DNA of 64,000 nucleotides from a plasmid: NCBI RefSeq assembly GCF_053078305.1, contig NZ_CP166875.1; one strand, 5' to 3'. Shown piece by piece: positions 61,567 to 64,000 of this stretch (position 1 is its first letter; each line of letters starts with the position of its first letter). The notes under the pieces were generated by a model. It saw only the letters and a program-made list of their open reading frames with translations, ran no database searches and was not told where the DNA came from. The position numbers and the translations under genes were made by a program.

Positions 61567-62044
61567 ATGGTTTTCTGGTATTGATATTGATACGCAAATT
61601 TTATTTCAGACTGCTGAAGTTGATGCTTTTTCGTCCTCAAATGGAGTGAGCATTATTAATGGTGTAATATTGAATGATGTATCATGGGATGTGGTGATTG
61701 AAAGTACCGAAGTGAATGACTTGAATTTGTTTGTCTGGAGATTTTTCGAAAGATACGTAGTTAGTAGCTTTTTTATAAAGGGCAAGGAGTTTTGTTGTGA
61801 ATCTGACAAATATCGCTTTAATAAGATAATACCGTATCTTTTGGGTTATAGTCATGAGTATTCTGCTCAGAGAATGGATGTCTCTATTGACCAGTCTAAA
61901 AAAATATTTATGAATTTTAAAAAACACTATGGTTTCTCAGACAGGGATGAGTGGTTGCGATATGCTATAATTTCTGATGTGTTATTTTATCTATATCAAT
62001 ACTTCGCTAGTAATATTAACAACCTTCACCGCAAAGAAATGTAA
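61567..62044 (+). pseudogene. traJ: traJ 3' fragment downstream of the IS66-family element
   Basis: In frame with 58856-59026 once the IS and one TSD copy are removed; ends ...YQYFASNINNLHRKEM. Confidence 0.7.
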
Positions 62045-62093
62045 GTATTCCCGGCACTAAAAGTGCCGGTTTTTGTTAACGTAATTTACTCTT

Positions 62094-62390
62094 TTGTTGT
62101 TTGTTTTGTGTGCGTCTTATGTAAATATTTTGACTAAATCTCTTTTATGTACGGGAGGTGTGGTGATCAAAGGTGCTTTAAGAGCTGCTCCAAGTAGAAA
62201 GGTTTTACTGACCCTTGATGAGGCAACCAATAAATTATTACTTGGAGCCAGAGAGCGCAGTGGAAGAACGAAAACAAATGAAGCATTGGTGAGGTTGCAG
62301 GATCATTTGCAACGTTATCCAGATTTTTATAACGAAGAGATATTCAGGGAGGTGACAGAAGAGAGAGAATCAACTTTTAAAGAACTTTAG
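62094..62390 (+). CDS. traY: TraY (ribbon-helix-helix relaxosome accessory protein); true start uncertain
   Basis: C-terminal half matches recalled TraY (NEALVRLQDHLQRYPDFYNEEIFRE); may use a non-ATG start further in. Confidence 0.75.
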   Translation: MLFVLCASYVNILTKSLLCTGGVVIKGALRAAPSRKVLLTLDEATNKLLLGARERSGRTKTNEALVRLQDHLQRYPDFYNEEIFREVTEERESTFKEL

Positions 62391-62421
62391 TTTTAATCTT
62401 TTTACATACAATCCGAGGTAA

Positions 62422-62778
62422 TTGATGAATACTTCTGTTAGTGTTCCGGGGGCTTTTACGCCTGTTAAAAAGAAATCATCTTTTTTCTCTAAACTGAACC
62501 TGCTTCGCCTGGTTCGTGCTGTGATCCCGGCAGCTGTGCTGATGATGTTCTTCCCTCAGATGGCCCTGGCTGCTGGCGGTCAGGACCTCATGCAGTCCGG
62601 GAATGACACAGTCAAAGCCACCTTTGGTAAGGACTCCAGTATTGTTAAATGGGTCGTTCTGGCTGAAGTGCTGGTCGGGGCGGTCATGTACATGATGACC
62701 AAAAACGTCAAGTTCCTGGCCGGTTTTGCCATCATCTCTGTATTTATTGCTGTAGGTATGACCGTCGTTGGCCTCTGA
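62422..62778 (+). CDS. traA: propilin TraA
   Basis: ...[44 protein letters not shown]...[11 protein letters not shown]. Confidence 0.93.
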   Translation: MMNTSVSVPGAFTPVKKKSSFFSKLNLLRLVRAVIPAAVLMMFFPQMALAAGGQDLMQSGNDTVKATFGKDSSIVKWVVLAEVLVGAVMYMMTKNVKFLAGFAIISVFIAVGMTVVGL

Positions 62779-62792
62779 CAGGAAATAAAACG

Positions 62793-63104
62793 ATGTCGGG
62801 AGACGAGAATAAACTTAAGAAATATCGTTTCCCGGAAACACTGACCAACCAGAGCCGCTGGTTTGGCCTGCCACTGGATGAACTGATCCCCGCAGCGATC
62901 TGTATTGGCTGGGGTATCACAACATCGAAATATCTGTTCGGTATTGGTGCGGCGGTTCTGGTTTATTTCGGGATAAAAAAGCTGAAAAAAGGGCGGGGCA
63001 GCTTCTGGTTACGGGATCTTATTTACTGGTATATGCCAACAGTCCTGCTGCGCGGTATTTTTCATAATGTTCCTGATTCGTGTTTCCGGCAGTGGATTAA
63101 ATAG
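62793..63104 (+). CDS. traL: pilus assembly protein TraL
   Basis: 103 aa in canonical position. Confidence 0.85.
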   Translation: MSGDENKLKKYRFPETLTNQSRWFGLPLDELIPAAICIGWGITTSKYLFGIGAAVLVYFGIKKLKKGRGSFWLRDLIYWYMPTVLLRGIFHNVPDSCFRQWIK

Positions 63105-63125
63105 AACTGATACCTGGATTGTTAT

Positions 63126-63692
63126 ATGGAACACGGTGCCCGCTTAAGTACCAGTCGTGTACTGGCCATTGCTTTTATATTTATGTCCCTGCTCATTGTT
63201 CTCAGCCTGACTGTTAACGTGATTCAGGGGGTGAATAATTACCGCCTTCAGAATGAACAGCGTACTGCCGTGACACCGATGGGATTTAATATGCCCTTTG
63301 CGGTATCACAGAACAGTGCTGATGCCTCTTTTTTGCAGCAGATGGCGCTGGCGTTTATTGCCCTGCGCCTGAATGTCTCACCGGAAATCGTCGATGCTTC
63401 TCACCAGGCACTTCTGCAGTATATCCGTCCGGGCGCGCAGAATAAGATGAAAGTGATTCTGGCCGAAGAAGCAAAGCTCATCAAAAAAGATAATGTGAAT
63501 TCTGCTTTTTTCCAGACCAGTGTTCGTGTCTGGCCACAATATGGTCGTGTGGAAATCCGTGGGATTCGGAAAACATGGATTGGTAACTCCGAACCTTTCA
63601 CTGATATCAAACATTACATTCTTATTCTGAAACGGGAAAACGGGGTGACCTGGCTGGATAATTTCGGGGAAACAGACGATGAGAAAAAATAA
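63126..63692 (+). CDS. traE: pilus assembly protein TraE
   Basis: 188 aa in canonical position. Confidence 0.85.
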   Translation: MEHGARLSTSRVLAIAFIFMSLLIVLSLTVNVIQGVNNYRLQNEQRTAVTPMGFNMPFAVSQNSADASFLQQMALAFIALRLNVSPEIVDASHQALLQYIRPGAQNKMKVILAEEAKLIKKDNVNSAFFQTSVRVWPQYGRVEIRGIRKTWIGNSEPFTDIKHYILILKRENGVTWLDNFGETDDEKK

Positions 63693-64000
63693 GACAGTAA
63701 TAATATCCGCCTGCCTGCTTTTTTCCGGCAGCGTGCTGGCAGGAAACGGCACACTGGCACCTACAGTGGTTCCGATGGTCAATGGCGGTCAGGCAAGTAT
63801 TGCCATCAGTAATACCAGCCCGAATCTGTTTACCGTCCCCGGTGACCGGATTATCGCCGTGAACAGTCTGGATGGTGCCCTGACCAATAATGAGCAGACT
63901 GCGTCCGGTGGTGTGGTGGTGGCCACCGTCAACAAAAAGCCTTTTACGTTCATTCTGGAAACAGAACGTGGTCTTAATCTTTCCATTCAGGCCGTTCCCC
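63679..64000 (+). CDS. traK: TraK, N-terminal part (continues beyond window end)
   Basis: [29 protein letters not shown]...; ATG overlaps end of traE. Confidence 0.8.
   Translation, partial: MRKNKTVIISACLLFSGSVLAGNGTLAPTVVPMVNGGQASIAISNTSPNLFTVPGDRIIAVNSLDGALTNNEQTASGGVVVATVNKKPFTFILETERGLNLSIQAVP

Overview
This window reads as a segment of an F-like (IncFII, RepFIIA-type) colicin B/M plasmid from Enterobacteriaceae; all calls are from reading the ORF translations and the DNA, with no database search run. Backbone: repA2-copA-tap-repA1 replicon with a DnaA box, stbAB (parMR) partition, resD, cmi-cma-cbi-cba colicin locus, and at the right end a 13.6 kb leading region (antirestriction, two orphan methyltransferases, ssb, parB-like, psiB, psiA, hok) running into oriT and traM-traJ-traY-traA-traL-traE-traK. 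traJ is split by an IS66-family element with an 8-bp target duplication. The window start carries a second, diverged and internally deleted copy of the leading region in inverted orientation. Between them lies an accessory region dense in toxin-antitoxin modules (srnB, higBA-like, parDE-like, vapBC, stbDE), two Tn3-family transposons, several solo Tn3-type inverted repeats, and a phospholipid-metabolism-like operon. The most interesting item is an AT-rich three-gene operon at 15578-17575 (minus strand): a viperin-like radical SAM enzyme, a deoxynucleoside-kinase-like kinase and a NUDIX hydrolase, which I interpret as a candidate nucleotide-modifying antiviral system. No rRNA, tRNA or CRISPR array was found. 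Start codons and repeat boundaries are approximate to within a few bases.
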